Source: Nemertoderma westbladi
Taxonomy: Eukaryota; Animalia; Xenacoelomorpha
Direction: 5' to 3'
DNA length: 64,000 bases
NCBI GenBank assembly: GCA_032718475.1
Contig: JAUCBJ010000865.1
Span: 1-64,000, forward strand
How positions within the stretch are numbered: the first letter of the stretch is position 1; the number at the start of each line of letters is the position of its first letter. A program made the translations under genes and the position numbers. Below, one piece after another: positions 51,764 to 62,193 of this stretch. Under the pieces are notes generated by a model. It did not search any database, was not told where the DNA came from, and was given only the letters and a program-made list of their open reading frames with translations.

Positions 51764-54700
51764 TTGACTCTTTGTTATACTTTGAGTTGGCTCAATGTAC
51801 AGTCAGGCCACAGTAAGTTGACAGTAGCCGCCCATCTGGCTACACGTTCGACGAGCTGTGCTGGTGTGATCGGGGGACCGAAAACAGAACCCGGGAAGCA
51901 TCAGGCCACCCTCCGGCCCGGTCTGATAATAACATCTGTCGGACTGGCCCCAAGGGTGGTGGAAACACGTCCGCCTCGTGGGTGCGCCTCCGGGAGGAGC
52001 CCAGAAGGACGAAAGCGCGCGCTTCTAACCACTGACCAACTGAAGGGATTCAGTGTAATCCCGATTAAGATCACTGGCACAAAGGGGAGTAAGAGGATCT
52101 ACGCGATTCTAGATTCAGCCTCATCTCACAGTTACGTGGATGAAAAGATAGCTGACGTCGTAACGGATCTCAGACAAGGTAAACACGTCAGTTATACAGT
52201 AAGTAGTATGCACGGCCAGCGTGCAATACCAGTGACACGAGTTAAGTTGGACTTAGACTCTCTTCTTCCAAAATCGCAACACAGCGAGAGGGAGAGGTCT
52301 TTGTTGCCCTTTAGAGATTTAACCTTTGCGGCCACGAAGGACTTTAGTAACCTACTAGGTCCAGTGCCGGAACAATCTCTGGAGGACCGTAAGTATTTCA
52401 GACACCTTGGTGTACCCGAATGTCCTGTCAATTATAGATCGGTAGCAATGCTGATCGGGACGGACCAATTCAACCTACATCAGGTGTGGGAAACCAGACC
52501 ATCGGCAGTTGTAGCAGGAAACGCATACGCCTGCAGAACGCCGATAGGGTGGTATACTCGAGCGCCTGTGCGCACACTAGACGTAAGTGACGAGGAAGAC
52601 GATGTACAGAGTACATGCAGTTTATTAACTACAAACTCAATTCATTCCTTTTCACACGACGTGAACCATACTACACTACAGTCGACAAAACATGACAGAC
52701 GTGTAACTAGTATGATAAGTCACAAGGAGCAGCTAACCCACCAGGTGAGTTTAGAACTTGGGGAGAAGACGAATCAGCTAGAGATTCCATCGACGACAGA
52801 TGATAGGCTTGCGAGTCTACCTACCCCAATAACCTCAACAGTGCCCGTCGATATCGACGATGACGCGTTGAAAATTCATCAGTTGGAACAAGCCGCCTTG
52901 GACAAAGAATTAACGGAGAAGACTATCAGGTGGTTAGAACAAGATACAGCTGAACCTGGTAGCTACGAACCTTGTATGTCGGAACAGGAGAAACAATCTC
53001 TGAAGATCATGGAAGAGACTATCCGACAGACGGAGGACGGACATTACGAGGTGGGTATGTTATGGCGTAGCCAAAGTCCTAAACTTATAAATAACTACCC
53101 ACTGGCTTTAAGACGTCTACACTCAATACGACAACGTCTATTAAAAGACGAGAAAGCCCATCTGCAGTACAACACTCAGATGGAGACGTATTTGACTGAA
53201 GGATACGCTATCCGAATGACTAACCCGGAGCGAGTGACCGACCAGACATACTACCTGCCACATCACTATGTGAGACACCCCGACAAACCAGATAAAGTAC
53301 GCGTAGTCAATGACTGTGCGGCTCTATTTGAGGGAATGTCCCTCAATAGTGAGTTGATGGATGGACCGAACATGAATAATTATCTTATGGGGGTGATTAT
53401 GCGCTTCTGTCAGCGTCAAGTAGCCTTTACTTGCGACGTTGAAGCGATGTTTCACCAAGTAAAAGCGTTAGAGCGAGACAGAGACAGTTTGCGGTTTCTC
53501 TGGTATCCGGAAGGGGACTTGAGTCTACCACCAGCGACTTACCAAATGCAAGTTCGCGTTTTCGGTGCCAGAGACAGCCCAAATTGTACGATGTACGCCT
53601 TGAAGCAAGCCGCTAGAGATCAGAAACATCTGTATGACCCAGAGATAATTAGAATTGTAGAACGTGACTTTTACGTTGATGACGGATTACAGAGTTGCGA
53701 CACAGTAGAACGTGCTACAACAGTAGCACATCAATTACGGGACTGCTTGGCGGGCGGAGGTTTTAACCTCACCAAATTCGCCTCAAACAGTGCCGAATTA
53801 GTTGACTCATTCGGAACTACTGAGCGTGGAGGTGGTGACATAGACCTAGAGTTCGAACCACTACCGACGACTAAGGTGTTGGGACTCTTTTGGGACCCAA
53901 ACACAGACAACTTTCGAGTGAAGGTGAGACTGGACAGTCAAGGGAACACGCTGACCAAGAGATCATGCTTGTCAAAATTGAGCCGATTGTTCGATCCGTT
54001 AGGATTCATCAGTCCAGTGATACTGCAAGCCCGCATTTATATGCGCAGTATATGGAAAGATGGACTAACATGGGACGAGCCGATCTCATCAGACCAAGTG
54101 GACTTATGGAAGACCTGGGAGGCGGAATTATCTTCGCTAGAGGATTATTTCATACCCAGGGTTTACTTTCCATTACAGAGTACATTTCCTGACAACTTGG
54201 AACCACACTGTTTTTCTGACGCCAGTGACAACGGTTTTTGTGTGGCAGCGTATTTGCGCAGACAAGTAGAATCGGACGAGTTCGATGTTTCGCTCATTAC
54301 TTCTAAGGCTAAGACCATGCCTACTAAGTATATGACGACACCACGAGCCGAGCTACAAGCCGCGACCCTGTCAACCACCATCGTGAACCTCATACAGACA
54401 GAACTACAGTCGAGTTTACAGATATTTTATTGGACTGACGCGACGTTGGTTTTATTTTACATAAACAACGACACACTCGAATTCAAGACATTCGTAGCTA
54501 ACCGTCGCGCGGAAATTCTAGACCGATCAATAAAAGAGGATTGGCGACATTGTCCCGGACCACAAAACCCAGCTGATATTGCGTCGCGAGGAATGATGCC
54601 TGAGGAATTCTGTAAACCGGAGAACAAAGAGTTTTGGCAACACGGACCCCAGTTCTTGCAGAAATCGACACAAGATTGGCCTCCGTTATACGACAACAAG

Positions 54701-56905
54701 TCCAACACCATTCCTAAGGACGCCGAAATCAAGAAACCAAAAAAGGGGAAGACAAAGAAAAGGACGACAGCGACTAAACTCAAGAAAAAACCGAAGGCGA
54801 AATGGAAGGATATAACTTCAAAGGTTAAGAGAGGAAGACTTGCGAGCCTTTCTAAACCAGACATATCGCCAGACGGTCAACCAGATACGTTACCAGACGT
54901 ATCGCCAGACACATTACTAGACAGTCGACTAGACACTAGTAACGTACTGACGAATAATAAAGCCGCAGTTTCCCTATTGGAGCGGCCTTGTATTGACAAA
55001 CTACCAATTTTGACGCACTTGAGCAACCATAAGCATGGTGAAACCTCATGTATTACAGATGTGGGTAGTACCTACGCTAATGTAAATACAGGTGTTACTT
55101 TGCGCTCAAGAGACATACCGAACTTACAACCTATAGTGAGACCTGGGATTAATGTCGGCAGGAAAATAAGTTTACCGAAACCTGCTGACCCCATAGAGTT
55201 CAAACCACCATTAACGATCGACTTACAAAGTACCGACAATCAAGGTAAGAGGACAAAGGGGGACAAATTACTTGTAGACCCGGACGGATCAACAGTCAAC
55301 AAGGGAATACTTACCGGCGGACCCGTGGGCCCTTCTAGTAATTCAAAACCTTCCAAGTTCTCCATTGACTTACCTGATGACGTCACAAATACTTACGTCG
55401 ACCGTATCGTAAACTTAACAGACTCTTGGTCAAACGCTTGCCGAAAATTAGCGTGGATTGTACGTTTCGTACAATACGTTAAAGGCAAACGAGACTTTAC
55501 ACGTCGACTTACATTGGCTGAGATTGACAGGTGTGAGATTAAATTAATTCGCCATTACCAACTGCGATATTTCGCGCGCGAATTCACATCTATAAATCAA
55601 GGTCAACCAATCAAGTCGTCACCGATACTGAGTTGGAGTCCGATTATTTATAATGGCTTGATTTGTCATAAATCTCGGCTTCAAAACATTGACTTTAACA
55701 CGAACTTTAGGTACCCAATAATAATACCGCAACACCACGAACTACAACGTGCAATGATATTGGACGCACATTTACATCTGAAACACGCTGGAAGACATCA
55801 CTGTCTTTCCTACTTACGTACTAGATTTGTATTAATTAGACCCAGTAAAGCATTAAGTTCCGTGACACGTACGTGTATTATTTGTAAAAAGGTACATTCT
55901 AGAATAGGTACCCAAGAAATGAGTGAACTACCACAAGCACGACTTCAAGCATTCAAACCACCTTTTACAGAGACTGGAATTGATTGCTTTGGTCCCATAC
56001 ATACGAAACGTGGACGTATACTAGTAAAACGCTGGGGACTGATTTTCACATGTATGTCCAGTAGGGCAGTTCACATTGAACGTGTGATGGATCTTTCCAC
56101 CAACGCGTTTATACTAGCACTGCGGCGATTTATCGCTAGACGCGGACTAGTAAAATGCTTGTACTCAGACCAAGGGACAAACTTTGTTGGTGCTCGGAAT
56201 GAAATTGCCAGAGCCTTTAAGAAATTAGATCATGATCAAATCTCAAACGAACTGCAACCTCACAAGATTGTTTGGAAGTTCAATCCTCCAGATAGTCCTT
56301 GGAGAGGCGGAGTCTGGGAGAGACTGATTAGATCTATAAAGACAGCAATGGCAAAGGTCATTCCAGTAAACCACATATTAACAGACGACCAACTGACAAC
56401 ATTGTTTGTTGAAATCGAGGCAATACTAAATACTAGACCAATAGTATTAGTACCCGATGACAAACAATCTCAGTTTGCTTTGACACCGGCACACCTGCTA
56501 ATGCAGGCACCGACCACATTGACGCCGATTTCCATTCCAATGGAAAGCGATAGCTACGGTAGAAAAGCGTGGAAAATCACGCAACTACTAGCTAACAAAT
56601 TCTGGGAAATATGGCAAAACCATTATTTGCCCTCTATTTCTGCCAGAACAACTTGGTACAATAACACCCGCGCATTAAAGCCGGGAGATCACGTGCTGTT
56701 GGCAGAAGTGAATCTAAAAAGACGCTTCTGGATAACAGGTGTCATTTTAGCCACACATCCATCTATGGATGGAGTGACAAGAACTGTGACAGTACGGACA
56801 ATTGACGGTCGTACAGTAGACAGACCGACTCAACGTCTCGTACTTCTTGAAGAGACTCGTAACGAGTCTGGAGACTACAAATCTCCACCTAATACTAATA
56901 AATAA
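51764..56905 (+). CDS. BEL/Pao Pol (protease-RT-RNaseH-integrase), intact; true start unknown
   Basis: AILDSASSHSYV protease; YYLPHH, KVRVVND, DVEAMFHQV and FYVDD RT; FSDAS, PRAEL, YWTD and NPADIASRG RNase H; H..H..CIIC, GIDCFGP, SDQGTNF, GGVWERLI and C-terminal DGVTRTV integrase. Confidence 0.93.
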   Translation: MTLCYTLSWLNVQSGHSKLTVAAHLATRSTSCAGVIGGPKTEPGKHQATLRPGLIITSVGLAPRVVETRPPRGCASGRSPEGRKRALLTTDQLKGFSVIPIKITGTKGSKRIYAILDSASSHSYVDEKIADVVTDLRQGKHVSYTVSSMHGQRAIPVTRVKLDLDSLLPKSQHSERERSLLPFRDLTFAATKDFSNLLGPVPEQSLEDRKYFRHLGVPECPVNYRSVAMLIGTDQFNLHQVWETRPSAVVAGNAYACRTPIGWYTRAPVRTLDVSDEEDDVQSTCSLLTTNSIHSFSHDVNHTTLQSTKHDRRVTSMISHKEQLTHQVSLELGEKTNQLEIPSTTDDRLASLPTPITSTVPVDIDDDALKIHQLEQAALDKELTEKTIRWLEQDTAEPGSYEPCMSEQEKQSLKIMEETIRQTEDGHYEVGMLWRSQSPKLINNYPLALRRLHSIRQRLLKDEKAHLQYNTQMETYLTEGYAIRMTNPERVTDQTYYLPHHYVRHPDKPDKVRVVNDCAALFEGMSLNSELMDGPNMNNYLMGVIMRFCQRQVAFTCDVEAMFHQVKALERDRDSLRFLWYPEGDLSLPPATYQMQVRVFGARDSPNCTMYALKQAARDQKHLYDPEIIRIVERDFYVDDGLQSCDTVERATTVAHQLRDCLAGGGFNLTKFASNSAELVDSFGTTERGGGDIDLEFEPLPTTKVLGLFWDPNTDNFRVKVRLDSQGNTLTKRSCLSKLSRLFDPLGFISPVILQARIYMRSIWKDGLTWDEPISSDQVDLWKTWEAELSSLEDYFIPRVYFPLQSTFPDNLEPHCFSDASDNGFCVAAYLRRQVESDEFDVSLITSKAKTMPTKYMTTPRAELQAATLSTTIVNLIQTELQSSLQIFYWTDATLVLFYINNDTLEFKTFVANRRAEILDRSIKEDWRHCPGPQNPADIASRGMMPEEFCKPENKEFWQHGPQFLQKSTQDWPPLYDNKSNTIPKDAEIKKPKKGKTKKRTTATKLKKKPKAKWKDITSKVKRGRLASLSKPDISPDGQPDTLPDVSPDTLLDSRLDTSNVLTNNKAAVSLLERPCIDKLPILTHLSNHKHGETSCITDVGSTYANVNTGVTLRSRDIPNLQPIVRPGINVGRKISLPKPADPIEFKPPLTIDLQSTDNQGKRTKGDKLLVDPDGSTVNKGILTGGPVGPSSNSKPSKFSIDLPDDVTNTYVDRIVNLTDSWSNACRKLAWIVRFVQYVKGKRDFTRRLTLAEIDRCEIKLIRHYQLRYFAREFTSINQGQPIKSSPILSWSPIIYNGLICHKSRLQNIDFNTNFRYPIIIPQHHELQRAMILDAHLHLKHAGRHHCLSYLRTRFVLIRPSKALSSVTRTCIICKKVHSRIGTQEMSELPQARLQAFKPPFTETGIDCFGPIHTKRGRILVKRWGLIFTCMSSRAVHIERVMDLSTNAFILALRRFIARRGLVKCLYSDQGTNFVGARNEIARAFKKLDHDQISNELQPHKIVWKFNPPDSPWRGGVWERLIRSIKTAMAKVIPVNHILTDDQLTTLFVEIEAILNTRPIVLVPDDKQSQFALTPAHLLMQAPTTLTPISIPMESDSYGRKAWKITQLLANKFWEIWQNHYLPSISARTTWYNNTRALKPGDHVLLAEVNLKRRFWITGVILATHPSMDGVTRTVTVRTIDGRTVDRPTQRLVLLEETRNESGDYKSPPNTNK

Positions 56906-57561
56906 TTAGGAGTTTACAAATAGATTTCCACGTACCTGTACACCGTAGTAAGGACAGCGGTAGATTTCCATTGTCTTTATATGTGAACATTGAGGGTAGT
57001 ACCCTTATGTGTCACATAGGAGCGGGATTTGTAGGTATAAGAAATGGAATTCTACTTGGAACTCACAATATTGAGACATTTTCGAAATTTTAGACAATCC
57101 ATTTGGATTTGAAAATTTTTAAAATTTTCTCCAGTGAATAGATTTCAGGGTACAGTCGGGTGGAACTTAAAATTAGAGAAACAAGAGAGGAAGACTTGCG
57201 AGCCTTTCTTAAAATTTTAATTAAATTTTACACGGTCTTGTTTCAATAAGTTACGTCAAAATAGACTCCCCTATATTTATTACTAATTCTTGATTGCTTA
57301 TTTTCTGATAATAGTTTGGGATCAAAAAGTGAGTATTTTAGACTCACAGCCAGTTTAGCCCAAATTCGTTTTACTTCGGCAAAAAATTTTAGATAAGAAG
57401 CAGCGTGTCATTAAAGAAACCCTAGATCTTAGGCTATGGGTAGGAGGTTAGAGCGTTGTCGAGCCCAAAGGGCAGACGAAACTCTCACGTCTCCTCACAA
57501 CTAACTACAAACTCTGTTGTATTCCCTCTAGTAGTAATGATTATGTAACTACACCCTAATT

Positions 57562-60500
57562 ATGGAGAAAGGGATACAAGGAGAGCCGAGATGGGGATAT
57601 GATATCCAAGAGGAGGCAGCAGCGCCATTCGAAAGATTTGGAGCCAAGGATTACACTATATTTGGTATAAAAGAATTATCGGAAAGTACAGCGAAACTCG
57701 CGAGAACTAAATATGACTCGAATGTATTAAAGAGAAGGCAAAACGCATTAAACGAAAGAATCGAAAGTTTGCGCCAAACCTTCAACGAACTTTACCCGTA
57801 CGATGCTTTGTGTGATACGGGAGACATTAGCGAAGACCCCGATACTGAAATTAGTCGTTTGTATCATACCATGCAATACCTAAAGGCGCACGAACCTATG
57901 CCCGCGGTACGCGATGAATTCGATGGAATGCATCTTTACAGACGAACTCGAGGGGACGATAGAGAAACCAAGGAAGCATTTTCAGTTTATAAACTTTATT
58001 ATCAATGCGGTTCTTGTATGCGCGAACAACGAAATGCGATTCCGATGCGTTTGAATAAGGAAAATCCCGAACCGATATTGGCGAGGTGTTCGAATCATCA
58101 ACAACTACGCTACCAGGAAGGAGGGTATCCTTTATCAAATCCATATCATTCATTTGCTATGACCGGACCAAAGGCGGGAGAAACTGTCATTTACCCACCT
58201 AAGGTTGTTGAACCCGATGTATTTGAACTTACGCTGGACGAGGCGAATCAGTCAACCCGCGAAAAGAAAGAAGCTCTTAGCCTATACAGAGCCTACAAGG
58301 CTTTCGAGAAAGGTGAGATGGAAGAATGGGGTGGAAGACTCGCGAGCCTACCTTGCCATTGGACGTCACACGATCAAACTTCAGCTAAGGAGATGACACC
58401 GGAAGTTTTCGAGAGCATAAACTTTGCTCAAAACGTTATTCAGAGACTACAGATTGCATCCCCGGAGAGGCCAAGAGAAATGCAACCGTATAGTACTTCA
58501 GCTACGAAACCATTGAGTACGACACTCAATTTCCCTATTAGTATACCAGTCCGACAGGATACGACGTACGAAATACCCATCGTGGATCATCCAGAAATCA
58601 TTTCAAACTTGGAGTTTCTTCCTGCAGTTGTTTTCAGCGATATGAGTAAGATATATGATTTACGTAGACATATTACTCAAAAGGTCGTGAACAACGTTCC
58701 ACCTCATATCCAAGATTTTAAGGAACTGGATAGAGCTGGTGCCGACATAGCTCCGAGTAATCTGAAAGGATATCTAACCAAGACGATTCGTTTATGGATT
58801 GGAATCGGAACCTTCGAGTCGGATACAGATATTGCCGCAGATTGGCGAGGTAAGGTTATTCGTTTCGATGAGGATAAGGATATAGAGAAGATTTGGCAAC
58901 CTTCGGAAGAATTGTTGGACGAATGGACTAGGACGTTTAGATCGTTTCAGGAAAACGGTTATATGTTTTACGATAACGAGGGCGGCAGTCATCAGCAGAG
59001 TTTGACTTCTAAGACTATACAGATTAGAGCGGCGGACGGAGTTCTGCACGTTTTCAGTAGACAGAGGAGCGACAAACGAATGCCGATACCTCCAGCGAAT
59101 ACAAAGCGACACCATCTTATCACCGATATAGTAAAGAAGATGGACCAAGCTTGTAATATTGACGCTAGAATGCTACCGAAGATGGTAAGAAACATGATTT
59201 TAGATAAAACTGTTGTAAAGGTTGGATCAGGAGTAAGGGAGGATTTAATTAGCGACTTCGCCGGCATGACGGACAGCGATGACCGACTACCGACACCATA
59301 CGTCGACACTCGACCTCTTATTCTGTGGTCTATAGAACAGGGATATTTTCGTGAGTATAATACTCAGAAGACTGGAACTGGATACATTTCCTACCTGTTA
59401 TTCAATTGGGATTATAAGGAAGGTAAAAGAAACAAGTATATTGAAACTTATGGAGAAGGTGATACTCCAGATATGAGTGAGTTTGAATCACAGCTTAAAT
59501 GGAGAGGGTGCGTGTATTGGGCTATTACGTCACCTCCAAGAGCGGTCTTACAATATTATTTAGCAATAGAGTCGTCAGTGAATGTTTGCCTAATCGCCGA
59601 CATCGTGTCTCGGACTCTCAAAAGACATCCACTTTGTCTCGGAGAAGATCATACGTTCTACATGGAAGGGAGAATTCGTACCGACGTGTTTAGACGATTC
59701 CTTGAACCCTTCTACAACTCCGACGCTCAGTGTAATGCCTTTACTCGAGCAGGATTTAGTATATTTCGAGACGTGTATCTTCGCTGTGCGGGATCTCTTA
59801 TCGAAAGACCATCTATGTTTACATTGTTACCCTATGAAGGAGAACGTATTGTGGAAATTACGGATGAATCACGGCAGACGCGCGCGCCTATCGGTCACCT
59901 CGGTGATGATTTCAACGTAACTACTACGATCGCCGACGATCCTTTAGAGGAACTTCTTGAAATAGAAAGGAACCTCCCGAAGAAATCTCAGACGGAGATT
60001 CGACAACTTGAAGCAACAGATGCTATAGTTTGTATACAACCTTCAGAAACCTACCAACCCATAGACCCAGATGATTACGATTATAGTATGGGAGGAAGCG
60101 CTCGACCGATTGGAGATCTTATATACGAACGAGTGTGGTACCCTGCTAATACGATGTGTAGTAAATGTGGCGTCGCTGGACATCATATGGCAAAGTGCAG
60201 TGGAAAGCACATTACTACGACTCAGCTAATCTGTGGATGGTGTGGGGATCAAGGGTCTCATACCTTTTATACTTGCTGGAGATTTATGGCTCAATGTACT
60301 TATTGCAATATAAAGGGACATCGAGCATCTGAATGCCAACTAAGAGACATACCTTATGAACACGAATCTGTAAAACTCGTGAGGAAGTTATTTGATGAGT
60401 GGGAAGATTTAGCCGATGAACATGTATCAGCACAAAGAAGACGGTTTCCGATGAGAGCGCATCTCGGATTTTGGGCGGTAAATCCCCAGACGATGATGTC

Positions 60501-61287
60501 GGAAGGATATATCTCCGCTATGCCCCAATATGACGAACTTATCGAGGTTGTCGATATTTTGCCCCACGACAGCGGATTCCGAGTGGTGCGAGAGTATCTG
60601 TTACAGATTCACCCAGATAACAAAAACACGTGGAATTTTCAGAAAGTCGTTAATCGGATTACGTATGGTGAATTCGATCGTTTCCGAACTGAAAAGCGGA
60701 ACAAGGGAGCTTGGTTAACCGTCGCATGGGCGTACCGGGCCGCGTTTTACCACAAACGTATACGAGCGAGCGTATTCGAGGAAGAAGAGGTCCTAGAGGC
60801 GACGAATATACCAGCCACTCCGGTTGCGCCGTCTGCACGTCACCCTCGGGAGGACGGGCAGGGTAGGATCATACGGGTCCAGAAAGTGGGCCAACAATTG
60901 AAGAAAATTATTAATGTAGAAGAACGCAAGGGAGTTGAGCCGACTATTCGAGTTACTCGGGATACGGTATCACTTCCAAGAGAACCGGTAGGAGGATCGG
61001 GACATACACCAGCTGATCAACAGGGGGCGCAAGCTACTCTTGGGTCTGCGTCGTCCGCTTCTCACGCGTTCCCAGACGTTCTACCAACTGTAGTGACGAC
61101 TGATCGGTCACGAGGAATTGGTCGAGGTTTTGGGATGCCAAATAGACGAATTTGCGAGGAAATAGTTGCACCGTCTCTCAACGTCCCAAGTAAACCAGTG
61201 ACTCGCCCCATTAGTCCCATATCGCGAGCAAAGTCACCTGTGCGCAGTTTTCGAGGACGCGGCAGGGCTCGATCAACTAAGCGATAA
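57562..61287 (+). CDS. Element-borne ORF3, 1241 aa: DEDDy 3'-5' exonuclease-like domain, 3 CCHC zinc knuckles and RG/basic tail
   Basis: Intact ATG-started ORF between pol and the 3' LTR. Motifs FYDNEG, TIQI, LP..V..MILD..VVKVGSGVREDL, YVDT and YLAIE; knuckles CSKCGVAGHHMAKC, CGWCGDQGSHTFYTC and CTYCNIKGHRASEC. Confidence 0.75.
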   Translation: MEKGIQGEPRWGYDIQEEAAAPFERFGAKDYTIFGIKELSESTAKLARTKYDSNVLKRRQNALNERIESLRQTFNELYPYDALCDTGDISEDPDTEISRLYHTMQYLKAHEPMPAVRDEFDGMHLYRRTRGDDRETKEAFSVYKLYYQCGSCMREQRNAIPMRLNKENPEPILARCSNHQQLRYQEGGYPLSNPYHSFAMTGPKAGETVIYPPKVVEPDVFELTLDEANQSTREKKEALSLYRAYKAFEKGEMEEWGGRLASLPCHWTSHDQTSAKEMTPEVFESINFAQNVIQRLQIASPERPREMQPYSTSATKPLSTTLNFPISIPVRQDTTYEIPIVDHPEIISNLEFLPAVVFSDMSKIYDLRRHITQKVVNNVPPHIQDFKELDRAGADIAPSNLKGYLTKTIRLWIGIGTFESDTDIAADWRGKVIRFDEDKDIEKIWQPSEELLDEWTRTFRSFQENGYMFYDNEGGSHQQSLTSKTIQIRAADGVLHVFSRQRSDKRMPIPPANTKRHHLITDIVKKMDQACNIDARMLPKMVRNMILDKTVVKVGSGVREDLISDFAGMTDSDDRLPTPYVDTRPLILWSIEQGYFREYNTQKTGTGYISYLLFNWDYKEGKRNKYIETYGEGDTPDMSEFESQLKWRGCVYWAITSPPRAVLQYYLAIESSVNVCLIADIVSRTLKRHPLCLGEDHTFYMEGRIRTDVFRRFLEPFYNSDAQCNAFTRAGFSIFRDVYLRCAGSLIERPSMFTLLPYEGERIVEITDESRQTRAPIGHLGDDFNVTTTIADDPLEELLEIERNLPKKSQTEIRQLEATDAIVCIQPSETYQPIDPDDYDYSMGGSARPIGDLIYERVWYPANTMCSKCGVAGHHMAKCSGKHITTTQLICGWCGDQGSHTFYTCWRFMAQCTYCNIKGHRASECQLRDIPYEHESVKLVRKLFDEWEDLADEHVSAQRRRFPMRAHLGFWAVNPQTMMSEGYISAMPQYDELIEVVDILPHDSGFRVVREYLLQIHPDNKNTWNFQKVVNRITYGEFDRFRTEKRNKGAWLTVAWAYRAAFYHKRIRASVFEEEEVLEATNIPATPVAPSARHPREDGQGRIIRVQKVGQQLKKIINVEERKGVEPTIRVTRDTVSLPREPVGGSGHTPADQQGAQATLGSASSASHAFPDVLPTVVTTDRSRGIGRGFGMPNRRICEEIVAPSLNVPSKPVTRPISPISRAKSPVRSFRGRGRARSTKR

Positions 61288-61389
61288 AAGGGAGGGCAAG
61301 GGTGGACGGAAGACTCGTGAGCCTTTCTTATGATTTGTGATTTATTTGAATTATATGTTTTATATTTAGAAAGTTTTGTATTCTGAAAG

Positions 61390-61960
61390 GGACTCATATT
61401 TAGTAAAAACTTATATTTTATATTTGTGCTTATTCCAAACTTATGCAATTTGTATTGTTCCGAATTTATGAAATTTAGAAAGTTTAGAAGGAACTTATAT
61501 TTGAAAGATTTATGTTTCATATTTGAGATGCAAAGGTTTATATTATTCTAAACTTATGCAGTTTATATCTATATTTAGTAAGACTACCCAAAAGAGAGTT
61601 TATATTTGTAAGAATTTATATTTATATTTGTAATTATTCCGAACTTATACAATTTATATTATTCCAAACTTATGCAATTTGTATTGTTCCGAATATTATG
61701 CAATTTATATTTTATAAGTAGTATTTGTACCTAAAGAGAAAGTTTTATAGACAGAAAATTTTGTGCTCAGAAAGACTCATATTTGTAATTATTCCAAACT
61801 TATGCAATCTACATTTAGGTACGAAAGTATTTGTAATTACTTGAATTTATGCAATATTTGGGATGCAATAGTAGATGGAAGACTCGCGAGCCTTTCTTAT
61901 TGTTTTCATTTATTTGTATTTGTAATTGTTTGAATTTATGCAATATTTGAGATTCAATAG
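61390..61960 (+). repeat. Degenerate AT-rich tandem repeats in the element 3' UTR
   Basis: Recurrent ATTCCAAACTTATGCAATTT and GACTCATATTTG units. Confidence 0.6.
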
Positions 61961-62193
61961 ATTTATATTGGTGAATTTAATTTAGATTTATATTGTACTT
62001 ACTTAGTAAAACCTTAAATACGTAAAGTTTGAATTTGTAATTATTTTTGTATCGAATCATTACGTAGAAAGGAAGTATTGTTTGAAACTTAATTGTAAAT
62101 ATGTAAGTACGCCCTAAGTATTCTATAGTTTGATTGATTATTGGTGAAAACCGTATATTTTATGCACGATAATATCCTGTTTTCATGGAGCGG

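Noticed and set aside
51920-51972. Possible hammerhead (CTGATAA...GAAAC) at the start of pol
   Set aside because: The core deviates from CUGANGA and no convincing helix II or helix I pairing was found.
57562-61287. ORF3 as an envelope gene
   Set aside because: No signal peptide, obvious TM helix or fusion-protein pattern; the motifs point to a nuclease with zinc knuckles.
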